A DNA stretch of 64,000 nucleotides from Candidatus Collierbacteria bacterium (GTDB taxonomy: Bacteria > Patescibacteriota > Microgenomatia > UBA1400 > MFAQ01): assembly GCA_903884375.1 (NCBI GenBank), contig CAISER010000041.1, forward strand, positions 9,164 to 73,163. Reading direction: 5' to 3'. Positions 1-9,201 of the stretch are shown piece by piece; the first letter of the stretch is position 1; every line of letters starts with the position of its first letter. Both the position numbers and the translations under genes were made by a program. A model generated the notes under the pieces. That model saw only the letters and a program-made list of their open reading frames with translations. It was not told the DNA's origin and did not search any database.

Positions 1-49
1 AGAATCCAGAGTGTACTTTAAGAGTTTTCATTTTTAGGAGGTGGTGAAA

Positions 50-403
50 ATGGAGAAACGAAGTGGTGAAGTTTTAGAGCTTAAAGATCTAGTTGAAATA
101 GCAAAAAGCTTAGTTACTTTGCTTGAGGGGAAGGTCTTCGATATTGTGTCTTACCATTCAAGATTAAATTACTTTCCGATGGTAGTAGAAAGCAGACAGT
201 TAAAATCGCGAGAAATAGTTGTCATTGACACCTTAGTAAAATTGTTGTTATCTCCAAGCAGATCTCTTTCTTTTGATTTAAAAGAAAAACCGGAGATTAT
301 AATGGTATCAGACCGACAGATCATAATCGTAAGACTTTTATCGCCAAGAGACACCGTTACGAGAGTGATTTTGATTAATGAGAAGAAATCGGAAAATGAT
401 TAA
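50..403 (+). CDS. hypothetical small protein (about 117 aa)
   Basis: Strong SD AGGAGGTG at 36-43 precedes ATG at 50. The track ORF begins at GTG 41, which is too close to the SD. A rho-independent terminator follows. No recognisable motifs. Confidence 0.4.
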   Translation: MEKRSGEVLELKDLVEIAKSLVTLLEGKVFDIVSYHSRLNYFPMVVESRQLKSREIVVIDTLVKLLLSPSRSLSFDLKEKPEIIMVSDRQIIIVRLLSPRDTVTRVILINEKKSEND

Positions 404-411
404 TATGTTTT

Positions 412-440
412 GACCCTCGGAAACGGGGGTCTTTTTTTTA
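412..440 (+). terminator. rho-independent terminator
   Basis: Hairpin GACCC-UCGGAAAC-GGGUC followed by a T8 run immediately downstream of the ORF ending at 403. Confidence 0.5.
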
Positions 441-618
441 AAAAACGGGTTTTAAAGTGATGGGGAGAACTATTTTGAATTATTGAGTAAGTTTAATATT
501 TTTTGAAGAGGGGTAGCTGAGTTTTAAATTGATATAGTGTCTGAGAAAACTGAGTAGTTTTGATGTGGTTATTGATAGTTGACACGAGTGAGGGGGACAA
601 CATAAGGTATTAACTATC

Positions 619-2157
619 GTGAGCTTTTATCAAAAATATCGACCAAAGAAAATTAAGGAACTAGACCTAGTGGCTGTGCGTGATTCTTTGGCGTCTACCT
701 TAAAGAGTGGAAAGATATCTCATGCCTATTTGTTTGTGGGGCCTCGTGGTTCCGGAAAAACCAGCACGGCTAGAATACTGGCTCAAATTGTTAACTGCGA
801 AAATAATCAAGATAAAAAAGATAATCTGGAAGAACCCTGCGGTAAGTGCGATTCTTGTTTGTCACTTATTGGTGGAAGTAGCGTGGACGTGATTGAAATT
901 GACGCAGCTTCAAGTGGCTTGGTAGATGATATTCGTGATTTACGAGAGAAGGTACGTTTAGCACCCGTACAGCTTCCCAAAAAGGTTTATATCATCGATG
1001 AAGTACACATGGTCTCGACGGCAGGGTTTAACGCGCTTTTAAAGACATTGGAGGAGCCTCCCAAACATGCCATTTTTATTTTATGTACAACTGAAGCGCA
1101 AAAAGTACCGGAGACAATTATGAGTAGGTGTGCCAGAGTAAACTTTACCAAAGCCACCGATAAGGAAATCATCGGCTCTTTAATGAAGGCTGTTAAGGGA
1201 GAAAAACTGGATATCGATGAAGACGCTCTTAGAGAAATAGCTGATGCTACCGATGGTAGTTTCCGTGAAGGTCATAAATTGCTGGAACAGTTGGCTGCGT
1301 ATGGAAAAACAATTGATGCAGGATTGGTATTGGAAGTATTAGGGATAGCCGGTAGGGTAACAATAAAAAAACTATTGGAAGCAGCAATAAAAAGAGATAC
1401 TGGAAAAATAGTGAAAATTTTTGAAGAAATGGAAAAAGGTGGCATAAAAGCCCAAGTATTGGCATCATCACTGTTATCTGAGGTCAAAATTTTGCTTGAA
1501 GATAGTTTGGAGAGAGGGAGTTTGGTTAAAGACGAACTTAAACTAATCGATGAATTGATAGAGGCTACAGATAAAATAAAGGTGTCCCCCTTACCTTTAT
1601 TGCCATTGGAAATTGCTTTATTGACATTAGCTATTGATGAAAGCGGAGGGGCAACCTCCCCAAAAGTTGAGGCTCCTGCCCAGCCGAAAGAAAAAACAAA
1701 AGAAATAATAAATGTTAATACGGAAAGTACTATAACAGGGGAAAACGAAACAGATAAGAGTAATGTGGTTGTACAAAATTATGATGGGCCTTTGGTGAGT
1801 ATTGATAGGATAAAAACTGAGTGGATGGACTTTTTGAACGTCATGTCTACCAGTTGTGGTTCTTTGGCGGGAATGCTACGACTGGTATCGCCAGTGGACT
1901 TTAAAGGAAAATCTTTAACTCTTTCAGTAACATCAAGATTTCAACAGGATATGCTGGAGCGAGACGTTAAAAAGAAATTGATAGAAGAACAAATGGCAAA
2001 AATTTGGGGACCAATGACTTTTAAATGTGTTTTGGGAGAAAAAGAACCAGTACGAACAGCTCCAGAATTACAAGATCTTAATGTATTACCTGTTAATGAT
2101 GAGGAGACTGAAGACAAAGGCATTGTATCGGCTGCAGAAAAGATATTTGGTAGTTGA
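619..2157 (+). CDS. dnaX: DNA polymerase III subunit gamma/tau
   Basis: N-terminus YRPKKIKELDLVAV...HAYLFVGPRGSGKTSTARILA (clamp-loader Walker A). Zinc module CGKCDSC. SRC-like motif IMSRCARVNF. Conserved dnaX-ybaB-recR synteny. Confidence 0.9.
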   Translation: MSFYQKYRPKKIKELDLVAVRDSLASTLKSGKISHAYLFVGPRGSGKTSTARILAQIVNCENNQDKKDNLEEPCGKCDSCLSLIGGSSVDVIEIDAASSGLVDDIRDLREKVRLAPVQLPKKVYIIDEVHMVSTAGFNALLKTLEEPPKHAIFILCTTEAQKVPETIMSRCARVNFTKATDKEIIGSLMKAVKGEKLDIDEDALREIADATDGSFREGHKLLEQLAAYGKTIDAGLVLEVLGIAGRVTIKKLLEAAIKRDTGKIVKIFEEMEKGGIKAQVLASSLLSEVKILLEDSLERGSLVKDELKLIDELIEATDKIKVSPLPLLPLEIALLTLAIDESGGATSPKVEAPAQPKEKTKEIINVNTESTITGENETDKSNVVVQNYDGPLVSIDRIKTEWMDFLNVMSTSCGSLAGMLRLVSPVDFKGKSLTLSVTSRFQQDMLERDVKKKLIEEQMAKIWGPMTFKCVLGEKEPVRTAPELQDLNVLPVNDEETEDKGIVSAAEKIFGS

Positions 2158-2277
2158 TTTTTGAAAATTATTTCTTTTGTTATCGTTTTCTCATTAATGT
2201 ATCTGTCGCTTAATATCATTTTATCTTCATTGAGGGAGATGTTATACAATAGGATTTGTTAAAAGTTATTTTTTAAA

Positions 2278-2571
2278 ATGTTTAACGGAATAAAACAGTT
2301 CGGTTCACAAGGCGCAGCTATTGCTAAATTGGCCATATTGCAGAAAAAGATTCAGAACCACAAGACGGAGGTAGAAGAAAACGGAGTAAAGGCGGTTGTT
2401 TCCGGAGATGGAAAACTGAAAGAGCTATTTATCGATGAGGAAAATATGAATAAGGCGGTTAAGGTGATTAACGAAGCGATTACCAAGGCACAAAAATACT
2501 CTGCCGAGGAGATGAAGGATTCGATGGGGGATTTGTCTAAGGTTTTGGCCAATATGCCTAAAGGAATGTAG
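2278..2571 (+). CDS. ybaB: YbaB/EbfC nucleoid-associated protein
   Basis: 97 aa, MFNGIKQ...AAIAKLAILQKKIQ...VKAVVSGDGKLKELFIDEE, typical of the YbaB family. Sits between dnaX and recR. Confidence 0.8.
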   Translation: MFNGIKQFGSQGAAIAKLAILQKKIQNHKTEVEENGVKAVVSGDGKLKELFIDEENMNKAVKVINEAITKAQKYSAEEMKDSMGDLSKVLANMPKGM

Positions 2572-2573
2572 TT

Positions 2574-3182
2574 ATGCGAAGTATACGCCCGGTTCAAAAA
2601 GTAATCGATGCGTTTGAGTCTTTGCCTGGTGTGGGACCAAAGTCGGCCGCTCGACTGGCATATTACCTTCTTAACGTTCCTCAAGAAAAATTAACGAAAT
2701 TTTCGGAGGCTTTGGAAAACTTAAAAAAGGATACCAAGCTTTGTGCGCTGTGTTTTAATGTGGGAGAAGAGGAGTTTTGTCCAGTTTGCCAGGATGAGTC
2801 TAGAGATAGAACCCAAGTATGCGTGGTAGAGAATTCATTGGACTTACTGGCATTTGAAAGATCAGATGGCTTTGTTGGCGTATATCACGTCCTTGGGGGA
2901 GTAATTAATCCTTTGGCTAATATTGGACCAAATGATTTGAGGATTTCTCAGCTTTTAGGGAGAATAAAAACAGGCGAGATAAAAGAGCTAATTATTGCCA
3001 CTAATCCCAATATGGAGGGTGAGGCAACGGCGATGTATATCACCCAAAAAATTAAGGATATGGGTCTGAGTGAAAAGCTGAGAATTACGAGGATTGGCAG
3101 GGGTTTGCCGACAGGGGCGGATGTGGAGTACGCCGATGGGCAAACCTTATTGAGAGCGCTTGAAGGCCGAAGTGAGATGTAG
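2574..3182 (+). CDS. recR: recombination protein RecR
   Basis: SLPGVGPKSAARLAYYLL helix-hairpin-helix. C4 zinc finger CALCFNVGEEEFCPVC. Toprim-like region. 202 aa. Confidence 0.9.
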   Translation: MRSIRPVQKVIDAFESLPGVGPKSAARLAYYLLNVPQEKLTKFSEALENLKKDTKLCALCFNVGEEEFCPVCQDESRDRTQVCVVENSLDLLAFERSDGFVGVYHVLGGVINPLANIGPNDLRISQLLGRIKTGEIKELIIATNPNMEGEATAMYITQKIKDMGLSEKLRITRIGRGLPTGADVEYADGQTLLRALEGRSEM

Positions 3183-3213
3183 AACATTTCTTTATATGGT
3201 TTAATTAATTGAT

Positions 3214-3639
3214 ATGTCAAGTGTTTTAGGACAAATTGGCCAAAACGTAGCTGATAATCTATTTGAATTAGGCCAGGGCGCCGTGAAGGGAACTGTTGGT
3301 GTTGTTGCAGATGTAGCTCAGGAAGCCGTAGAACAAGTTATTCCGTCTCATAACCTATCTGATGTTCAATATAGCGATAAACAAACAGGAATCGAAAAGA
3401 ACAAAAATATCGAAGACAGAAAAATGATGGAAAAACGAAGATTTGAAGAAGTTAGAAGCGAACTGGCAAGATATTCTTCATGGAAGAAAGAACAAGATAG
3501 GAAAATAGCCGAGGAAAAATCAGCAGAAGGTCAGCAAAGACAAAAAGAAAAAATAGAAAAAAAAGAAAAAGATAATTGGGTGAAAAGAATGATTAATAGA
3601 TCCCAAACATCTACAGAAAAGGGAAGATTGGTGGAATAA
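3214..3639 (+). CDS. hypothetical Lys/Glu-rich protein
   Basis: 141 aa. N-terminal Gly/Ala/Val segment followed by a highly charged KE-rich, probably coiled-coil tail. No known motif. Confidence 0.4.
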   Translation: MSSVLGQIGQNVADNLFELGQGAVKGTVGVVADVAQEAVEQVIPSHNLSDVQYSDKQTGIEKNKNIEDRKMMEKRRFEEVRSELARYSSWKKEQDRKIAEEKSAEGQQRQKEKIEKKEKDNWVKRMINRSQTSTEKGRLVE

Positions 3640-3640
3640 A

Positions 3641-5362
3641 TTAATTCACCGTGACAGTGGTCTGAGGCGAGTTTCTTTTAGCGTAAATTACTGTTTTGTA
3701 TGGAGGAATGTTTAGATCTGCAACACTAGTCGTTGTGTATGAAAATGATCCAGCGTGTGAGGCTCCACGACTTAAAGAACCACTATTGCATTTTGTAGTG
3801 GCAGTGCTCAGTGATACTGTTCTGGAATGAGTATGTGTCGTAGTGCCTCCTGAAGTTCCCGGGGTGGCATTGCCATAGATAAATTTACCATCAAGACTAG
3901 TGTATCTAGCCCAGCCAAGTGGTGGTAACACGTCAGTAATAGTAATTAAATTCGCGATACCTTTTGCATCACTATTAACAGAAGCAAAGGACATTGTTAA
4001 ATAAGGGGGTAAATTAGAATCTGAACTGGTGGTACCAGCTGTTGCGGAATGTCCGAGACCGCCACAATTATTTGCTGTTCCTCCATCAATAACACCTGTG
4101 TTTGTGGTATTAGATATGCCAACAGATGTTTCCGTGTGGGAGTGAGTGGATGCTCCAGCAGGTGTTGGTGTCAAATTATATGACGAATATAATCGAGGAA
4201 AATATCCGTTCAGATTTGTGTTGGCAGTCCAACCAGAAGGAACTGATGAGTCAAATATTCCGATAAGTCCTGATTTTATGGATAAGTCTGAATTTTTACA
4301 CAGAACCATGTCGACATAGGGAGGGTAAACGGTAATGGCGGCAGGGAAATTTATGGTATATGAATGCGTGTGGGATCCGGAGGCAACTTTGGTTGCATTT
4401 GTTGAGCTTGTTGTACTTGATCCGTGAGTAAAACTACCAGATGCTGTATGTGTATGGGTTGCTGAGCCTCCTGTTGTTCCATAAGTGCTGCTTCCATAAG
4501 GGAAATACCCCGTGTCAAAATCAGTGTTTCTTGTCCATGATGTCGGACATGTTGCAGAAGTGTACATTAAATTAAACGACCCGCTCCAGGCTAGGAAACC
4601 ATTGGTTGTGGTAACACCATCATAATCAAGATTAATGGTTTTAGTTCCATTGGGAATCGAGGGAACTCTAACCCAAATTTGAGTATCGGTTGTATTACAA
4701 CCGGATTCAATCCAATAATTAAGAGAGGTGGTATTATCAGAGTCTTTGATACGGATATCTCCACAATCTGCAGTCATGGAAGCAGCAGCTATGGGGGTAG
4801 CTGTATCTAAAGAAAAAAGAACATCGTAGTCTGTAAGAGTTGTTCCAGAATTGGTAATGGCTATATTGTTGTGGCCAAAACAGGAGTTGTTGGCAGAAAA
4901 AACATTTGCATTACAATCAGCGACAGTAAAAGATTTTGCCAAACATTTTCTTCTTTTTCCAGAGGCGGTTGCGAGAGATAAAGTATCAAGTGCGTCAGGG
5001 TAGCCATCTGTATCACTATCTACCATATATATAGGTGCTCCAATTTTGATTTGTGCTCCGGTTCCTAAATTCATTACCGCTCCTGCCTCCATAACTAGAG
5101 AACCAACGACGATAGTAGAGTTTGCCAGAGTGGTTATAGCAACATTTGAGCCAACAGTCAAAATGGCAGTGTTAGTGGTTGAAAGCTCATTGTTATTACA
5201 CTCATCAATTCCGTTTATGCTATTTGTAGCCGCAATATCACAGGTGGAGGAAATCGTATAGTTACCAGAAGCTGGAAGAGAACAAGCGGCTGCGTGGGCA
5301 GATTTTGGATAGAATAATAAACAAAATACTAATGTTAGGAAAATAATATTTATTTTTTTCAT
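3641..5362 (-). CDS. secreted Thr/Ser-rich protein with three phage tail-collar (MdpB-like) repeats
   Basis: Signal peptide MKKINIIFLTLVFCLLFYPKSAHA. A DSDTDGYPDALD Ca-binding-like motif. Three repeats of G..THTHT/SHTHS ... (N)LPPY(L/V/K) hydrophobic end, the hallmark of the tail-collar domain. Confidence 0.6.
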   Translation of the reverse strand: MKKINIIFLTLVFCLLFYPKSAHAAACSLPASGNYTISSTCDIAATNSINGIDECNNNELSTTNTAILTVGSNVAITTLANSTIVVGSLVMEAGAVMNLGTGAQIKIGAPIYMVDSDTDGYPDALDTLSLATASGKRRKCLAKSFTVADCNANVFSANNSCFGHNNIAITNSGTTLTDYDVLFSLDTATPIAAASMTADCGDIRIKDSDNTTSLNYWIESGCNTTDTQIWVRVPSIPNGTKTINLDYDGVTTTNGFLAWSGSFNLMYTSATCPTSWTRNTDFDTGYFPYGSSTYGTTGGSATHTHTASGSFTHGSSTTSSTNATKVASGSHTHSYTINFPAAITVYPPYVDMVLCKNSDLSIKSGLIGIFDSSVPSGWTANTNLNGYFPRLYSSYNLTPTPAGASTHSHTETSVGISNTTNTGVIDGGTANNCGGLGHSATAGTTSSDSNLPPYLTMSFASVNSDAKGIANLITITDVLPPLGWARYTSLDGKFIYGNATPGTSGGTTTHTHSRTVSLSTATTKCNSGSLSRGASHAGSFSYTTTSVADLNIPPYKTVIYAKRNSPQTTVTVN

Positions 5363-5979
5363 CTGATGGAAATTGTGTTTTTGCTAGTATTTGTTCCGTC
5401 GCTAATCTCAATACCGAAGGTGTAAGTCTGGTTGTGGGTGTCATCTATTTTCCAAGAACCAGACCACTGACCATCTAGGGGAGTTCCGTTGGTAAGTATT
5501 AGATTGTATGTTGGACTTTTGTTGTCAGAGTTAAGTGTTATTTTTGCGGCGGTAACCGGTTTGGTGTGATTTACATAAAGAGTAAATTTTTGTACTGTTC
5601 CAACACTTGGGTCATGTGGATCGATGACTGCCTTAGTCATCTTGGGGCCATTTGTTTTTCCTTGACTGATGGTATATGTTTCAAGACCTTTAATTATGGG
5701 GATGGGAGTTGGGGTGGCTTTAGGTTTTTTAGGAGCTGTGAGGGTAATCGAATTATTTGATATGGTGAGAGATTCGTTATTTAATATTTTAAATAAAACG
5801 ATATAGGCAACTAAGCAGATGGAAGCAATTCCCAAAAAAAAGGAGAGAACTAAAAAGAGACATTTGTTGTTGGTGACAAGATTATTCTTTTTTCCTACAT
5901 TATCATTTTTTTCTACCATAACCTCATCGGTTCCATTATCCATATCTATATTTATGACAGTATTTTGTTGTGCTGTCAA
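5359..5979 (-). CDS. type-II membrane-anchored protein, probably co-transcribed with the tail-collar protein
   Basis: Single N-terminal TM (CLFLVLSFFLGIASICLVAYIVLF) followed by a Pro/Thr linker and an extracytoplasmic domain. Overlaps the downstream gene's start by 4 nt on the same strand. Confidence 0.5.
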   Translation of the reverse strand: MTAQQNTVINIDMDNGTDEVMVEKNDNVGKKNNLVTNNKCLFLVLSFFLGIASICLVAYIVLFKILNNESLTISNNSITLTAPKKPKATPTPIPIIKGLETYTISQGKTNGPKMTKAVIDPHDPSVGTVQKFTLYVNHTKPVTAAKITLNSDNKSPTYNLILTNGTPLDGQWSGSWKIDDTHNQTYTFGIEISDGTNTSKNTISIR

Positions 5980-6004
5980 ATAAAAAGTGGGATAGAATTG
6001 GTTT

Positions 6005-7408
6005 ATGTTAAATCTGTATAACAGTTTGTCAAAGAAACAGGAAATTTTTGTACCAATACATAAAGGAGAAGTAGGAATGTATGCTTGTGGTCCGACTGTT
6101 TATGGTTTTACTCATATTGGGCATGGACGTAAATATGTGACGGATGATGTTTTAAAAAGAACTTTGGAAGTTCTTGAGGAACTGAAAGTAAAGCACGTAC
6201 AGAACGTTACGGATGTAGGTCACTTGGTGTCGGACGGAGACGAAGGTGAAGACAAAATGGAAAAAGGTGCTGCAGCTACCGGGAAAACTGTTTGGGAAGT
6301 GGCTAAAGAGTACACCGATTATTTTAATAAGGTAATGAAAGAATTGAATGTATTAACGCCAACGGTGATATGCAAGGCAACAGAGCATATTGATGACCAA
6401 ATTGCATTAATTGAAAAAATTATTGCAAATGGATTTGGTTATGACACGGAAGAGGCAGTATATTTTGACGTCACTAAATTTAAAGACTATGGAAAAATGT
6501 TTAATCAAACGTTTGAGGATAAGACAATCGGAGCACGTGAGGAAGTGGAAACGGGAAAATATAAAAAACATCCAGCTGATTTTGTTTTGTGGTTTAAAAG
6601 AGTAGGAAAGTTTAGAGATCACGTAATGCACTGGAATAGTCCTTGGGGGGATGGTTTCCCTGGGTGGCATATCGAGTGTAGTGCGATGAGTATGAAGTAT
6701 TTGGGTGAACAGTTTGATATTCATACAGGGGGAGAAGATCATCTTTCAATTCATCACCCAAATGAGATTGCCCAAAGCGAAGCAGCCACAGGCAAAAAAC
6801 CATTTGTAAAGTACTGGATGCATACTACTTTCTTAATGGTTGATGGAAAAAAGATGAGCAAAAGTTTGGGAAATCTTTACAGGTTGTCTGATTTAGCTGA
6901 GAAGGGTTTTTCACCATTGACTCTGAGGTATTATTTTTTGACAACTCATTACAGAAAACAGATGAATTTTACTTGGGAAGGTTTGTCTGGAGCAAAAAAT
7001 GCTTTAGCGAAATTAAACAAAACGGTGATAGACCTTTCCGATGTACCGGTAACGGCAGATGGATGGTCGGATGAAGGAAGGGACTATTATGAAAAGTTTA
7101 TAATGGCCATGGAAGATGATTTGAATACCTCTTTAGCCTTATCAGTTGTTTGGGAAATGATGAAGAGCAAAATTTCAGATGGAGCCAAAAAGAATCTAAT
7201 TGTGGTAATGGATTCGGTACTGGGGTTAAATTTAGGGAAAGAGGAGATTTTGGATATCCCCAAAGAAATAATGGACTTGTTGGCAAAAAGAGAAGAAGCA
7301 AGAAAAACAAAAAATTGGGAAGCTTCCGATAGAATCCGTGATGAAATTTTGGCACAAGGATATCGAGTTTATGATTTTGCTGATGGAGCAAAAGTAAAGA
7401 AGATTTGA
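6005..7408 (+). CDS. cysS: cysteine--tRNA ligase
   Basis: HIGH motif (FTHIGHGR), KMSKS motif (KMSKSLGN) and Zn-binding Cys/His (GWHIEC). Confidence 0.9.
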   Translation: MLNLYNSLSKKQEIFVPIHKGEVGMYACGPTVYGFTHIGHGRKYVTDDVLKRTLEVLEELKVKHVQNVTDVGHLVSDGDEGEDKMEKGAAATGKTVWEVAKEYTDYFNKVMKELNVLTPTVICKATEHIDDQIALIEKIIANGFGYDTEEAVYFDVTKFKDYGKMFNQTFEDKTIGAREEVETGKYKKHPADFVLWFKRVGKFRDHVMHWNSPWGDGFPGWHIECSAMSMKYLGEQFDIHTGGEDHLSIHHPNEIAQSEAATGKKPFVKYWMHTTFLMVDGKKMSKSLGNLYRLSDLAEKGFSPLTLRYYFLTTHYRKQMNFTWEGLSGAKNALAKLNKTVIDLSDVPVTADGWSDEGRDYYEKFIMAMEDDLNTSLALSVVWEMMKSKISDGAKKNLIVVMDSVLGLNLGKEEILDIPKEIMDLLAKREEARKTKNWEASDRIRDEILAQGYRVYDFADGAKVKKI

Positions 7409-7425
7409 TTGTGTTAGACTGATTT

Positions 7426-7977
7426 ATGGCCTTAAATAAAGTGAGCACAGGGATCCTCTTAGTTGTCTTTTGTTTGGCTGGTTGGCAGGTTTGGAATTTG
7501 TCTTCAGTGAAAAGACCTGCGGTATTGGCAGAGGTTACACCCAAGACGATTGAAGAAAGAGTTAAATCGCTTGAAAATAGAGTTTATGTATTAGAAAAGA
7601 ACGCTGGTTTGATATCAACGGCTACTAAAAAAACTTCCGAGTCGTTTGTTTCACTGGCAGGTGGCGATATTGCGAACTTTGATTGGACCAAAATTGAAGG
7701 TACCGATTTTTCTTTTGATACTTCTTTATACGGAAAAACAGTGGAAGTTTCCTGGCAGGGTTGGCTTGAAGGTGCAGGATCGGTAAGGGTTTACGACTCG
7801 ACAAATCACAGAGCGGTTGATTTCAGTGAGTATTCATCAAGCTCTTCAGTAAAGAAAAGTTTCTACACAAAGGTGATGTCGATTTGGAGAGGGCAAAATC
7901 AGTATTATATTGAGGGGAAAACTGTAGGAGGTTTAGTTAGTTTGTCGGCACCACGATTGAAAATTGTGTCAAAGTGA
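7426..7977 (+). CDS. hypothetical membrane-anchored protein
   Basis: N-terminal TM helix (ILLVVFCLAGWQVW), then a coiled-coil and a beta-rich domain. No known motif. Confidence 0.4.
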   Translation: MALNKVSTGILLVVFCLAGWQVWNLSSVKRPAVLAEVTPKTIEERVKSLENRVYVLEKNAGLISTATKKTSESFVSLAGGDIANFDWTKIEGTDFSFDTSLYGKTVEVSWQGWLEGAGSVRVYDSTNHRAVDFSEYSSSSSVKKSFYTKVMSIWRGQNQYYIEGKTVGGLVSLSAPRLKIVSK

Positions 7978-8213
7978 AGAGTTGGTCTGTATATATAGTA
8001 GAGTGTGTTGACGGAAGTTTTTATACCGGAATAACCGAAGATATTGATAATCGTTTGCGTGTTCATAATGCCGGAAAGGGGGCAAAATACACCCGAGGAA
8101 GAAGACCGGTAATTCTTCGATATGTGGAAAAAATGGCCGGTAAGAGTGAAGCTCTTAAGAGAGAAAACGAGATTAAAGGTTTAAAAAAGAGCCAAAAAAT
8201 GCGATTGTGGTAA
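7974..8213 (+). CDS. GIY-YIG nuclease-domain protein (UPF0213-like)
   Basis: 79 aa. The WSVYIVECVDGSFYTGITEDIDNRLRVH matches the GIY-YIG core. Confidence 0.7.
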   Translation: MKSWSVYIVECVDGSFYTGITEDIDNRLRVHNAGKGAKYTRGRRPVILRYVEKMAGKSEALKRENEIKGLKKSQKMRLW

Positions 8214-8240
8214 AATCTATCCCATAACTATACCTTAAAA

Positions 8241-8585
8241 TTGGAGGTTAAGATGTCAGAGCCGGTGTTTATGGACAATGATTTGGGCGGTGTAGTGTAT
8301 GTAAGTAAAAATGAATTAAGATTGATATTTAAGAATGGTGTCGATTATGTAATAAAAGTTGATACAACCGAGCTACTTAATGTTTTAGAAAATCGATCAA
8401 AAAAGAGTATTGAAACAATAAATTACATAATCGAGCCAATGTATTACGACTCAGAAGGGGCTTTGTTATCGCTTATTACCATCAAAAACACCAGACAGTA
8501 TGAAGATAGAGCCTTGGTATTCCATTGTGATTTAAAAGAAGCCTTAACCAGAATTAAAAATAAAAGTTATCCCTCTGCCATGTAG
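8241..8585 (+). CDS. hypothetical protein
   Basis: 114-aa AT-rich host-like ORF. It is the last gene before the compositional shift at about 8.6 kb. Confidence 0.35.
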   Translation: MEVKMSEPVFMDNDLGGVVYVSKNELRLIFKNGVDYVIKVDTTELLNVLENRSKKSIETINYIIEPMYYDSEGALLSLITIKNTRQYEDRALVFHCDLKEALTRIKNKSYPSAM

Positions 8586-8822
8586 GTAGAGGGATTTTTG
8601 TGGCTAAACAATGATCCGGGTGAGATAATCAAGTCATGTCGTTAAAAGTAGGCACTTGAACTATACAGTGCCACTTTTTCAATTCACCTTTTCATTCCAA
8701 CTCCCCAGACCCCGAAAAGACCGTTTGATCGTACTTCGTGACAAACTTGGTCGAATCCTCAAGGCTGAAACTCCAAAACCATTATTCGCTATACCGGGAA
8801 GGGGTGCCCCATAACTGAACTT

Positions 8823-9194
8823 ATGCAATGCACATATCTCAAACAAGACGGAAGCCAATGCAGCGCAAACGCGATGAAAGAGTCGCAGTTTTGTTTTAGT
8901 CATAACCCCGACACTCAAACGGAAAAGCACCTTGCCACGGTGAAGGGTGGAGAAAACAGCCGCTCGATTGAACTCAATCTCCCGCCTGTTGAGCTACAAA
9001 AGCCAGAACATGTTGTGTGTATGCTCGGAGATACTATCAACGGTGTCCGTAGCGGGGAAATACCGCCCAATATCGCCAATACAGTCGGATATTTAGCTGG
9101 TCATCTTTTGAAAGCCATGGAAGTTGCTAATCTTGCCGGTAGGCTTGAGTTGGTCGAAAGTGTTCTTATTGAAAGAAAGATGAGGACACGGTGA
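8823..9194 (+). CDS. hypothetical Cys-rich small protein (first gene of the element)
   Basis: 123 aa with a CTYLKQDGSQCSANAMKESQFCFSH Cys/His cluster, a possible zinc ribbon. Higher-GC codon usage. Its stop lies 8 nt before the next ORF. Confidence 0.4.
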   Translation: MQCTYLKQDGSQCSANAMKESQFCFSHNPDTQTEKHLATVKGGENSRSIELNLPPVELQKPEHVVCMLGDTINGVRSGEIPPNIANTVGYLAGHLLKAMEVANLAGRLELVESVLIERKMRTR

Positions 9195-9201
9195 GGAGTT
9201 T

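Noticed and set aside
169-354. Many short antisense or overlapping ORFs in the track (for example 169..354-, 707..892+, 987..1172-, 1247..1487-, 1941..2249-, 2352..2684-, 2948..3220-, 12483..12728-, 42875..43158, 49548..49832-, 51668..51874-)
   Set aside because: Each lies entirely inside a longer ORF that has clear family motifs. They are 60-110 aa with low-complexity or hydrophobic translations typical of wrong-frame reads. None has a plausible RBS or conserved domain.
450-618. Possible SRP RNA (ffs) upstream of dnaX, as in the Firmicutes ffs-dnaX-ybaB-recR arrangement
   Set aside because: I scanned the 200-bp gap for the conserved domain-IV motif (…GGUCCGGAAGGAAGCAGC…-like) and a matching helix 8 and found nothing convincing. 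The region reads as an AT-rich promoter or leader. A covariance-model search would settle it.
8586-8822. Attempt to find attL/attR direct repeats by comparing about 8600-8700 with about 22290-22340
   Set aside because: Only a weak shared TGAACT-(A)TAC string. Serine integrases leave a 2-bp crossover, not long repeats, so the absence is expected. Exact boundaries therefore stay approximate rather than called.
8679-8930. 83-aa minus-strand ORF at the left edge of the island
   Set aside because: It overlaps the start of the first island gene on the opposite strand and lies in the probable att/promoter region. No motif and no RBS.
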